A program made the position numbers and the translations under genes. The notes beneath the pieces were generated by a model. It was not told the DNA's origin, searched no databases, and saw only the letters and a program-made list of their open reading frames with translations. A DNA stretch of 64,000 nt from Octopus vulgaris. Taxonomy: Eukaryota. This document shows, piece by piece, positions 28,006 to 39,834 of the stretch; the stretch's first letter is position 1; each line of letters starts with the position of its first letter. Where the stretch lies: positions 111,290,001-111,354,000 of the forward strand of contig OX597817.1 in the NCBI GenBank assembly GCA_951406725.2, written 5' to 3'.

Positions 28006-28680
28006 CTATTATATAAAATCCATTCTGTCTGTCTGTGTGTGTGTCTTCTAGGATCTCGGGCATCCTCCATCCGATTGCGCTCAAATTTGATATGTAGATA
28101 CTGAGGGTATCAGGGCATGTATAAGTCTTGAAAAAAATTACAAAAATCGATTCCAGGTGAAAATGCAATTGATAAAGCCGTTTTTGTCCTGCTTATCTTC
28201 CATCAACCTGTACATAACTGCACCTTCCATTTTTTGTTGTTTTTGTACTGCTTAAAGGCATGTTTCTTTCCTGCCAAGCTTACTGCTTAAACCATGTTTG
28301 TGTTCTCCCAGTCAACAGCCTTATCATTACTGGTACTTTAAACTCTTCGGTTGCATATTTGTGTGAATAAAATCGTTTTTCTTTGGAATAGAAAAAAAGT
28401 CTATCTTTATTTCTTCTTTTGCTGGTGTCTCAAATTTAAGTTAAATCAGTGTTCGTCAAAGGGGAGACATATGGGACAGTCGGACAAGTTCTTTTGAGAA
28501 AATTTGGTTTAAATGTTTGACAACTCAGTACTGTCCATTGGACAGGGGACGTTTTGCTCGTATACAATATATATGAATCCAAAACAAAAGGTGGAGGACA
28601 ATTCTGACAGGATACATAAAGCTTAAGTATAACACTATTGCAAACTACTTTTTAAGTTTTCATGCAGTGGGTATCCCACA
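28006..28680 (+). mobile_element. Possible non-autonomous Helitron-like element (5' end recognisable)
   Basis: a|TCtattatataaaat start, then (ctgt)n/(gt)n and ccgattgcgctcaaatttg. This architecture is seen in insect and mollusc non-autonomous Helitron-like repeats. No clear 3' CTRR end; right boundary approximate. Confidence 0.4.
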
Positions 28681-28964
28681 GAAGTTTTCCAACCCCGCTT
28701 TTTTTTGTAAGTTGCTTTACCACACAGTGTTTGAATTTTAAAGCTTTCTCGTTAACATCTATCAGTCACAATTAAATTAGATGATGTTGATGAGGTCTAA
28801 TAAGACTAAAACATATCTGGAGTTGTTACCATACTGCTAAAGATGAGATAAATTAAACTTTGGGTTGTCCACCCACCCCCTTCCCATCTACTCCCACCCC
28901 ACATTTTTTTTTTATTAGAATTAGTCATTTAAATATTGAGTGCTCACATCACTAAGGTTGAAAT

Positions 28965-29165
28965 ATTGGTTTCATATTTTGGCACAAGGCCAGCAACTTT
29001 GGAGAGTGAGTAAGTTGATTACATTGATCCGTGCTCAACTGGTACTTATTTTATTGACTTAAGACAAATGAAAGACAAAGTCAGCCCCGGTGGAATTTGA
29101 TCTCAGAACATAAAGACAGACTAAATTTCACTAAGCATTTTGACTGTTTCTTCCATTTTGCCACC
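28965..29165 (-). mobile_element. Family A SINE
   Basis: Reverse-complement family A motifs. Confidence 0.8.
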
Positions 29166-29764
29166 TTCTAAGGTTATAATATGAAGGAATTAAAATTTCT
29201 TGGCATACTCCATCCAGTGTTGTAACACTCACTTTACTATTAAATTTTCATACAACACATGGTCCTGGGTAATTCTTTCAGTGACTCTTCTGGATATAGT
29301 TCAGTCAGTCTGATCCAAGGATCAATTCTTCTTTAACTGATGTAGTACTTGATGTTACACTGGGTATAGGTGCAAAGCATTTTAAAATCAATGAGTGGTG
29401 AATAAGGTCATTAGCTGCTTTTGACTCTTGCATAAACTTGTTTCCCCTTCTTTAGACAAGTTGCTAATAACTTTCAGAAAAACATGAATGTTGAAATTTC
29501 TCATTACTTCCAACATCCAAAAACTTTGGTGCCTATGTACTGAGCAATAATTTTTATTTATTTATTCATGACAGGTTTCTTTTTTGTGTGTGTGTTGCTA
29601 TATATTTTACTATTAAATTCCATTTTTGGTACAAGAAATTTAAGATAAAATGTTAAACCATTGCATGCATCAGTATTAGCAGTTTATTCTTTGAAATAAT
29701 TTTTAAATGGCGGTGCCCCAGCATAGCCACAGCTCATGAGCTGAAACTAGAATCAATCAATCAA

Positions 29765-29947
29765 ACAGGCATAAGGCCAGTCTGATGGGAACAGGTGATT
29801 ATATTATATACACCCCAACACCTAATTTATACTTTATTGACCTTGGAAGGATGAATGACAAGGTTGACTTATGTGAGATTTGAACTCAAAAACTAAAATG
29901 AGTCATAAACAAATACCATAAAACCACTGTCTTAAGGTTTTCTTAGA

Positions 29948-29998
<51 letters not shown>

Positions 29999-30545
29999 CC
30001 TTTCTACAATAGGCACAAGGCATGAAATTTGGGGAAGGGGACTAGTCGATCACCTCAACCTCAGTGTTTCACTGGTACTTATCTAATCAACCCTGAAAAG
30101 ATGAAAGGCAAAGTCAACACCGGTGGGATTTGAACTCAGAACATAGCACTGAGCGAAATACTGCTAAGCATTTCATCCAGTATGCTAACAATTCTGCAAG
30201 CTCCCCACCTTCTTAATAATGATAATAACAAGAACAATAATAAACCTTTTTACTTACTTCATTGACTCCAAAAGGATGAAATGCTGAATTTGAACACAGA
30301 ACATAAAGGTGAAAGAAATGCCACTAACCATTTTGTTTCTGGTGTGCTATTGATTTTGCCAGCTCACTACCATGAAAACTCTTTCTATTATGGTCACAAG
30401 GCCTGAAACTTTGGAGGAGATGGTTAGTTGATTATATCAACCCCAGTGCTCAACTGGTAGTTATTTCATCGACCCCCAAAAGCATGAAAGTTAAAGTCGA
30501 CCTCGCCAAATGCTGCTAAGCATTTTGCCTTTTGTGCTAACAAGC
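29765..30545 (-). mobile_element. Array of about 4 family A SINEs with (AAT)n spacers
   Basis: Repeated ggatgaa...gaatttgaactcagaac units and (aat)n at 29948-29998. Confidence 0.8.
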
Positions 30546-30770
30546 ACACCAAATAATAATAGTTGTTTCATTTAATTTTTAATTTTTTTTTTAGTGGTTT
30601 CAGTTACTGAAAAGTGACCATATTGGGGCATTTCTTATTTCAGTTTGGTACATATTTTATCAAAATTAATTTCTCAGATGACTAAGTTACAAGCTATAAA
30701 AGGACATGAATATAAATAGCATTTGTGTTTAAGACTCATGTAAGCATAATCACAAACACACAACTGTATA

Positions 30771-30822
<52 letters not shown>

Positions 30823-31579
30823 TACACACACACAAACTGCACAAAAGTTTGTTGGTGTGTATGTACATACACACTTGCATCATCAAACTTTTGTGCAGTT
30901 TTCACTGATAAAATCTAACCCACAAAATATTAGTTGACTTACAGCTATAATAGAAAACAATTGTAAAAAAGATGTTAGAGAATGGAATCGAACCTGGAAC
31001 CATGTGATTGTGAAGTGAACTTCATCATCACTCACCTATGCTTGCATCCATGCCAAAATCTTTTACGTAAAAGCTATCCAAGAATTTGTTTCAATTGCAT
31101 TTTGTGTATCTAGCTGAACGTACACATATGTGTCTCCCCACACATGCAAAATACAAATGCTCATATATAATGTGTATATAAACTTTTAAAATTAAAATTT
31201 TACATATTTAAATATTTCTATTGTCTAAAATAAAACAATCATAAATATATATATTGATTAAAAAAATATTTGGTTGAATCATTTCCCCAAATCATATTTT
31301 TATTATTGATTCCACTTTTCAAGCATAAAAAAATACTTCCCTGAAATCTAATCTCTGAACTATATCTGCTTCAGTTTTTTCCCCTTACACATTGCATAAA
31401 CGCACACACAAACGCAACATAAGGACACAGTTAAACCTACTTTGCATTTAAAAAAGTGCTGGATCATTATACTTAATTTATGTTAGTACCATATTTTTTT
31501 TTATGGCATGAGAAATCCTTATTTGCATTATTCTCTCAGTTTTTTGACTATTTGTGTTTTGTTTTCTCTTCTTCTTCAG

Positions 31580-31666
31580 GTATATCAATGGAAAATAGGA
31601 AAGGAAAAAGAAAGGAGAGATGGATATGATTTTAAAGTTGTTGATGTCACTTTGGGAAATGAGCAA
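31580..31666 (+). CDS. Internal coding exon (87 nt, phase 0-0) of an unidentified gene: VYQWKIGKEKERRDGYDFKVVDVTLGNEQ
   Basis: Strong acceptor (ttttctcttcttcttcag) and canonical donor (CAA|gtaagt). Only one of three frames is open, and it joins in frame to the exon at 34940. Confidence 0.8.
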
Positions 31667-32405
31667 GTAAGTATGCAATCTACTTTTTTTTTTTTAATTC
31701 TTTGGAATATTTTTTGGGGGGTAGGATTGGGTGCATGAAGGAGGGGGAAAGTCAATAAATATTACTAGAGCCATTGTATTGTTCATTTCCAATCTGCTTC
31801 TCACTATATTTTGTGCTAAAGTTAGAAGAAACCTATATTATTTTGTAACAAAAATGCAATAAATGCTTTGGGCTGAACAATACCCTATGAGCAAAACTGA
31901 TAATCAGAAACTGCAAGGAAGTCCATCATATACATACATATGTATATGTACATGTGCATGTCTGTTTTGAAAAACCAGTGTTTAAATTTATATTCTGTTC
32001 TTTAGCTGTGCTACAAATGAAGATCATTAAAATAAGTACCAAACTTAAAAGATACTGGGGTTGGTATGATTGACTTAACCCCTTCAGGGTTATATGCCAG
32101 CCTTGCTGCAATTTACTCACTAAAACAAAAGAGTAGAATATGAGTCACCTGGTTTAACAGTTAGCCTTGTTGCTCACATTTTTTTTATCAGATTTCCGAC
32201 TAGTAGACGATATCCAATAAAGATCTCATTTATGATCCCTATGAAACAATAGTCTAAAACAGTTATGCACAATGAGGTTCAAGTGGACTCCCACTGTTCC
32301 ATATAGGGGAAGGTGTCAATTGATCTTAGTCATATATAAGGGTTAGTTCAATTGACAATATTTCTTACCTACAAACTTATGTGCCAATGTTACAAAAAAT
32401 TGTTA

Positions 32406-32546
32406 TTAGGTTGTCCCAAAAGTTCGTAAACACTTGCGAAAATTGAATTTTTACTCGCCAAGTACTAACAAAAACAACAAAAATTATTCCTCAAAATAAA
32501 GACCATTATTTTCCAAGACTTTCTATGAACTTTTGGGACAACCTTA
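32406..32546. mobile_element. Mariner-type MITE, 141 bp, 23-bp TIRs, TA target duplication
   Basis: ta|ttaggttgtcccaaaagttcgta ... tatgaacttttgggacaacctta|ta (2 mismatches between TIRs). Confidence 0.85.
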
Positions 32547-32549
32547 TAT

Positions 32550-32752
32550 TAGCAGAATCATGAGCACATCAAGCAAAATGCTTAGTGATATTTTATATGT
32601 TTTTATGTTCTGAGTTCAAATCCTGCTGAGATCAACTTTGCTTTTTATCCTTTCAGGGTCAATAGAATAAGTACCAGTTAAGCACTGGAGTCAATGTAAT
32701 TGACTTAACCCCTCCCCTTAACTTGCTGGCTAGTGCCGAAATTCGAAACCAT
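32550..32752 (+). mobile_element. Family A SINE
   Basis: Standard motifs, directly after the MITE. Confidence 0.8.
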
Positions 32753-33189
32753 TATTGTTGCTGTTGTTGTTGTTATCATCTCAGCTTTGTTTATATTGTA
32801 TTCTTTTCAATTTTTTACCTGTTATTATACATTTTTGCTTCCCCATCCTTGCATTTCCTCTATATGTGCACCCCATGTTACATGATTCTTGTAAGGCATG
32901 TTTTGTATTATATGGTGAGCCCCTTTTGCCAATAAATTAGTATCATATTAGTGGACTGGAGAACACAACTGGCTTTGGAGAGTGATGATAATCCTAAATC
33001 TGCAGGATCCCTGAATTGGTCTTACACGATTGTCTCCCAATTGAGATGTCTTATTTCATGTTTCAATATACTTTTTTTTTGCTTTGTATGCTTGTTTTTT
33101 CATAACTGATTCTGCAAAACACTCACCACTGTTTTTGTAATTCATTCATGTAATGTCATCTTTACTCACCTTTGTGACAAATAAAAGCA

Positions 33190-34592
33190 GGTATTATTCA
33201 AGATAGTATTGCAGTATTTGTTTCCAGCTTTTTATGTTCTGAATTCAAATCCAGCTGAGGTCACCTTTGCCTTTCATCCCTCAGAATTTGATGATACCAC
33301 TCAAGTAGGGTTAATGTAATCAACTAACACCTTTCCCCCAAAATTGCTGGCCGTGCGCCAAAATAGGAAACAATTACCATCATTATTATTATTGTTATTA
33401 TGGTAGATCTATGAGCATGCTGGACAAAATGCTTAACAGCATGTTTTTAACTTTACATTTAAAGTCTATCATGGTCAACTTTGTCTTTATCTTTCCAGAA
33501 TTGATAAAATAAGTGCCAGTTGAATATTGGGGTTAATGTAATTGACTAGCCCCACCTCCTCCCAATTTTCAGGCAAAGGATTGTCATTATTGTTATTATG
33601 GCAGAATCATTAGCATGCCAGACAAAATGCTTAATAGCACTTTGTCTGGTTTTTGCTCTGAGTTTAAATTCTGTTGAGGTCAATTTTGCCTTTCCATCCT
33701 CTCAAGATCAATCAAGCAAATACTAGCTGAGCACTGGGGTTCAGTGTAATCAATTAACTCCCACTCCTCACGTAGTTTCAGACCTTGTACCTATAGTAAA
33801 AAGAATTATTATGAGAGAGCCGGATTGGCAGAATCATTAATGTACTGGACAAAATGCCTTGTAATATTTTTTCTGGCTCTTGATAATCTGGGTTCAAATA
33901 CTGCTAAGGTCAACTTTGCCTTTCATCCCTCTGTGGTTGATAGAATGGAGTACTTGTCAAGTATTGGGGTTGTTGGTAACAAACAACCTCATCCCTTCAA
34001 AATTGTTGCCTATGTACCTGATTTAGAAACAATTATTAAGAGTGGTGAATTGGCAAATGTCTTGCAGTATTTATCCTGACAGTTTACATTCTGAGTTCAA
34101 ATCCCATCTAGGACACTTGCCCTTCTTCATTTCAAGTTTAATAAAATAAATCACCAGTCAAGTACTGGGGTTGATGGTATGACTAACCCACTCCCCTCAA
34201 AATTGCTGGCCTTGTGCTAAAGCAGAAACCATTATTAAAGGCACTCAGGCAGAAAAATTGTTAGAGTGTCAGAAAAAGTGCTTTTTGGTTTTTCTTCCAG
34301 CTCTTTACATTCTGAGTTCAGATCTCACTGAGATCAACTCTGTCTTTCATCCCTCTGGGGTCAATTGTATTGACTAATCTGTTACCAAAATTTCAGGCTT
34401 TATATCTGTATCAGAAAATACCATTATTGTTGTTGCCAGTGAATTTGTAGAATTATTAGTTTGTTTCCAGCTGTTTATGATTTTGAATTTCATTCCTAAT
34501 GAAGTTGATAAAATAAAGCACAGTCAAGTACTTAGGTTGATTTAAGTAACTTCCTTTTCCCAGTTTCTGACCTTGTGCTTATATCAGAAACA
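33190..34592 (+). mobile_element. Head-to-tail array of about 7 diverged family A SINEs
   Basis: Units of about 200 bp, each ending ...ccttgt...agaaa..attatta and restarting with ggcagaa-like heads. Confidence 0.8.
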
Positions 34593-34602
34593 ACCTTCTT
34601 AT

Positions 34603-34781
34603 TTGTTGTATTTAGGAATGGTCATTTTGCCAGTTTAGCCAATAAAAACACACGCACTATATATTTGGTGTTACTTTGCTTCAGCGTTATTCATTTTTTA
34701 TATTAACACCAAATATATAGTGTGTGTGTTTTTATTTTTTATTGGCTAAACTGGCAAAATGACTGCTCCTAAATACAACAA
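34603..34781. mobile_element. Fold-back / MITE-like palindrome with arms of about 70 bp
   Basis: ttgttgtatttagg..gtcattttgccagtttagccaataaaaacacacgcactatatatttggtgtta is inverted at about 34703-34781, with a loop of about 30 nt. Confidence 0.85.
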
Positions 34782-34939
34782 TATCTGTTTCAACACACGA
34801 TTTCACATCAAAAATCTTGCAAAACAAATATATAAACGTAACCTTATTATTATTTGTTTACTATATACTTCTGAACTGTACTGAATTTCGCCAGATTTTT
34901 AACACAGATACTGATTACAATTTTCATATTTTTTTCTAG

Positions 34940-35129
34940 ATGATTTCTGAAAATTCTCATGAAGTTATTCATCGAAAGCATTCTGTATCAAGTCGTGAAC
35001 GACCAAAATCAGATATTAATGTCCATTGGCCTCAACATGTCAAACAGGTTGCAAGCTATTTTGATCCCAGACATTTGCGAGAACATCGTGAGTCTACAAT
35101 CTCAAGGCCAAGACCAAAATCTGATTTGG
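34940..35129 (+). CDS. Internal coding exon (190 nt, phase 0-1): MISENSHEVIHRKHSVSSRERPKSDINVHWPQHVKQVASYFDPRHLREHRESTISRPRPKSDL
   Basis: Acceptor ttttttttctag and donor TGG|gtaatc. Non-repetitive, protein-like ORF with retained CpGs. Phase matches both neighbouring exons. Confidence 0.85.
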
Positions 35130-35498
35130 GTAATCAATCAATATTTCTTTTATATTTTTTTGGAAATAATTTTGTTGTTAGGGTGGGGAAAAGGGTATTT
35201 TTATTGTTTACAGCTCAAAAGTGTAGTTCTTAGTTTCATCTGATTTAATGAAAGAACCTAAACTGTCCTTATGTATATTCAAGATATCCAACCTAGTGAG
35301 AAATAAGTGTTTAGTTTGTGTTTTGATTGCCAAAGCTATAAAGATATTCCTGAATCACCTGGTTTCCTAGTTGAAAATAAATACTTAGGAGAGATATATA
35401 TGTATTACTAATTGACAAATATTTCATTAGCAGGTAGAAGAAATAGACTGTTAGGATAGTTTTCAGTACATTTTAACTCCTCTCACTCTCTCTCTCTC

Positions 35499-35501
<3 letters not shown>

Positions 35502-35544
<43 letters not shown>
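35502..35544. repeat. (TA)n microsatellite
   Basis: Read directly from sequence. Confidence 0.95.
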
Positions 35545-35546
<2 letters not shown>

Positions 35547-36146
35547 TATTCTAGAATGCTTGTGATAGACTCTGTTTATGTAACAATTCAATCAATGGTT
35601 CTTCTCCATTTCCAGACGCATGTCTTCACACCTGGCATTTCATAACTTAGTTATTTGTTGATAGATTTACAAGTTATAAGATAATAACTAATGCTTCAAA
35701 TTACGTTTTTATCTTTAAATAAATGTATCAGGCCATGGTCAGTAAACGAGACTGATGCAATATACAGGGTGGAAGAGAAATGAATTCTTCAATACTATTC
35801 TTTCCATTTGTATCACTTTCTCTGTCTGCCTTATCTTTCAAGGGTAAAATGCAAAAACACCTTTTATCCTTAGCTGCAATATTTTAAGTAAAAATTTTCT
35901 TGTTCTGTACTTTACCAGATGTCATAAGTTGTCCTGAACTTTTCCAAGTGTGATAACTTGTCCTGTAATTTTCCGGGTTTATAATCTTAAGAATATTATT
36001 TCTCTTGCTCACATTTTTCCATGTAATAATATAGGATTAGTTTATTTTTCATATTAGAATATTTATTTTCTTTGTGCTCTAGTTTGTGTTTAGACTAGTC
36101 TGTTTGCTAGACAGTATATTACTGAGTCTTTATCTTTCCACCTTAG

Positions 36147-36271
36147 GTGGTAGCACACTTTCATCAGAAGCTATGAAAGAATTTCTGCAGGGGAAATTAC
36201 CTCAAAGTCAATCACAGAAAACTATATCAGAAATGAATCGGACTTCTTATCTGGTCACCAAAGCCCGGCGG
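36147..36271 (+). CDS. Internal coding exon (125 nt, phase 1-0): (G)GSTLSSEAMKEFLQGKLPQSQSQKTISEMNRTSYLVTKARR
   Basis: Acceptor tctttccaccttag and donor CGG|gtaagt. Its phase-1 start complements the phase-1 end of the 34940-35129 exon. Confidence 0.85.
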
Positions 36272-36433
36272 GTAAGTGTCTTGTATAACTTTTAAAAACT
36301 AGTTACTTATAACGTCTCTTTTTTAAATTGATATATAATTTTCATGTCATATTTATTCAGTTTTTTTTCACTCATAAATGCAAAGTTATTATATCTGTGT
36401 TTATTTACCTACTCAAATATGCTTTTGTACCAC

Positions 36434-36498
36434 TGTGTGTGTATATATATATATGTGTGTGTGTGTGTGTATAATATATATGTATATATATATATGTG

Positions 36499-36529
<31 letters not shown>

Positions 36530-36826
36530 GTGTATGTATATATATGTATATATATATATGTGTGTATGTATATATATGTATATATATATGTGTGTGTATG
36601 TATATATATGTATATATGTATATATATGTATGTATATATGTATATATATATGTATATACTTTATTTAAAAGCAGCAGAAATTCAACAGGTTTTGTTGAAT
36701 TTCTGCTGCTTTTAAATAAAGCATATTACTCTACACCTGGTATTTGAGTACTCTTTTTTCCACCTTGTTTCACATTTATGTGTTTACTCTGGTATATATG
36801 TATATATATATATATATATATATGTG

Positions 36827-36859
<33 letters not shown>

Positions 36860-36864
36860 GTATA

Positions 36865-36907
<43 letters not shown>

Positions 36908-37002
36908 GTGTGTGTGTATATGTGTGTGTGTGTATATGTGTGTGTGTGTATATATGTATGTATGTATATGTATGTATGTATGTATATGTATGTATATATG
37001 TA

Positions 37003-37034
<32 letters not shown>

Positions 37035-37116
37035 CATAGTCAATCAAAACAACAAGCATGAAAATACAACAACGCAAGGCATGGAGCAAGTACTGTGTTA
37101 TTGGACACTCAGGAAA

Positions 37117-37158
<42 letters not shown>
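36434..37158. repeat. Complex (TA)n/(TG)n/(TATG)n field with two embedded non-microsatellite inserts (36659-36792 and 37040-37118)
   Basis: Read directly. The inserts are homologous to 57370-57497 and 60235-60305 respectively. Confidence 0.9.
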
Positions 37159-39111
37159 AAACAAAATAAGAGAAAAAGCCAATGATTACAATGAATAGAT
37201 GCTAAATGGGATTGAAATAATTAGTAATTTGAGAAATGTACTTATTTCACCCTATAACCAGATATATCCAATAATAGAATCATACTTTAGATATATATCA
37301 GTTTATGCAAAGATACTTATCATTCATCAATATCTGAAAAATTAAATTAAGAATATTTTATTGTAAAAACATTACTTTCATTTTCTATTTGAAATGAATT
37401 GTATTACTAGATTAGTATCTTTCTTTTATTGTTTCTTAGAATTATTTTTGATTTTTTTCTAATGAACATCTGCAATTGTTTGTGTGAACTTAGCCTGTGG
37501 CCTGAGTTATTGACTTACACAAATTTATTTTATAATATTTCATGATGCTAAATAATATCAAAAAACTCAGTTTGAAGCTAAAATCTAATCTGATTTTGCC
37601 TCAGATTCTAACAAAATTTTTTTTAAAAATAAGAAATAACATTTGGAATTAAGGCATTCGTTATTGGAAAGCAAGTGTAATGATACCGAAAGACAGCTTA
37701 AATTGTTTAATGACATAACCCTGTCTTTTAGTTGAGGTTTTAATTGTTTGAAAACTCTAATGGATTCTCTCAGTGGTTGTATTTTCCTTTAGTAAAATGT
37801 GTACATAGTCCAGCTTTTATTGTTCCACTTAGCACCTTACAGTTTTATTACACTAGTACAGAACTTTTATTCAGATAGACAATAGCTGCTGTTATTAAAA
37901 TGTTTTACCTTTTCTGAAATGTGTATTATCATTCAATTTCCAATCTTACTGTTTTGGTTTTTTAAATTAATTTATTGGATTTATATCATAAACTGAATAC
38001 AACTAGTTTAATACTAATTTGAGAGGTTTCTTTTTGCTAAATAGCAAATGTCATATTGTTGTTGCTACTGCTGTTGTGTAAACTAGAGATCATATGGATT
38101 CAGTAGCTATTGACATCATGATAAATCTACTTAGTCTATAAACAAACAAGAACAAAAAACTAAAAATGTCAGATATTAAAACTTCCTTTCTGCATTTTAT
38201 TCCTCTCTCTATTTTTCTATTAATGAATTACTTGGATATATCTGCATCTTTATATATGTCATTTCATTTATGTTCATGAGTTTTCATTTAAGTAGGTATC
38301 TGTTCCTCTTTGATAATAATCTGTCTGTATGATTTAAATAAAATCTGTTTAGATTTATTTGTTCATTTTGAGAAAGAAAAAAAAATATCATTGTTCTTTT
38401 GATTTCCCTTTCTCCCTCTCTCTCTCCCCCCTCTATTCCCCCCTCTCTCTCCAACCTTAATTATAAATAATATTCTTAGAATAATCCCGTTAAAATCAAA
38501 TGATTTTATATATTTTACCACATCACCAAATCCTACTGGTTGGTTGGCTGGCTTGTTGGTTGACTGAATTGATTGACTGAAGATAGTTTCCTGTAGTTAT
38601 TAATAGAGTTTAGTGTAGTCACCTCTTTCACTCAGAGTGTTATGTTGCTTGATCAGCACCACCTAATATGTGGTACCATCGTTCTTCCTGTAAACATCTC
38701 ACTGTTATACATCTACTAAACTATACTCAGTTGCTTTTCTTGTAGTTGTCTTCTAGTATTCTAGTTAAAGTCTTGTTTCATTTTATTTATATCACTTGTT
38801 ACTATGACAGAATGTACTAATACTCACAATCTATGTAAACTGATAGAGCTATCAAATGAGTTATAAGGAAATACCACTGCTATTTTGCCACTTATCTTGA
38901 AAAATGAAGAGGATTAATTGAAAAAAAAAAAATCTGTTTGTTATCTCTCACATGTCACAATGTTATTGTGCAACATTGAAAAAACACTATCTTCCATTGT
39001 CCAATGATCTACTTCACTGTAGAAGCAATAAACATGTGGATTACATGCCAGTTGTTGATGTTAAGTGCTACAACACAAGTCAGTTGGTTTACATAGGAAT
39101 AGTAGTTACAG

Positions 39112-39237
39112 ACTATGAAGGGCATTTTTTTACCGCTCACAACTGTTATTGAAAATATTTTTACAATGGATTCTGATATCATTGCTGATTGGAAAGGTCC
39201 TCTTCATGATCCTGACCGTATCAAATTATGTAGGATG
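39112..39237 (+). CDS. Probable coding exon, internal or alternative first: TMKGIFLPLTTVIENIFTMDSDIIADWKGPLHDPDRIKLCRM
   Basis: Protein-like ORF ending at ATG|gtaggt (phase 0). The in-frame acceptor cag at 39109-39111 lacks a polypyrimidine tract, so the 5' boundary is uncertain. ATGs at 39115 and 39166 both have A at -3. Confidence 0.55.
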
Positions 39238-39834
39238 GTAGGTAACTGTGCACAGCTACTCATTTCACTAATCAAGTCTTACACAAAATGGTTATATAGA
39301 ATTTTTTTTTTTTTTGTTTTTTTCACATCTTCCCACACGTGCCTTAACACACCTGCAGCTTTAGCACTTCCTGCTTTCAATTTTACCTGAGTCCTTTTAC
39401 TGCCTTTTTTCTATTGAGACATTGTTCAGAGCCAAATTTGATACTTTACAAAACATGTTTAATAGTTCATAGTTCTAATTTCAAATACTTCTAGGTTCAA
39501 TTTTGCCATTTCACCCTTCCAGATTCAATATTAGTAGTAGTAATATACTGTAAGTGATTCAATCAACCGTATATCTCTCAACAAAAAAGGAGAAAAAAAA
39601 AAAAGAAATTTTTCATGAAAAGATAAATATATTCAGAACATTATAGTACTAATTTCTTACTTTTTACATAGATTCATGTAAAGTTCTTTTATAGAATCTC
39701 TTTATTTTTCTTTATTCCTTCCGTTTAAACTGGATCATCTGGAAATTAAAATATGTTTTTAAGTCAGTTGTACTAAGTTTATTTATTCATATCAGTGCAG
39801 ATATTACAATTTTGTCACTATCAACATGTTGTAT

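Noticed and set aside
36344-37185. Many 70-135 aa ORFs rich in Y/I/V/C/M/H/T (also near 30674, 43825, 44507, 53572, 59477, 60631)
   Set aside because: Translations of (TA)n/(TG)n/(CATA)n microsatellites, which lack stop codons.
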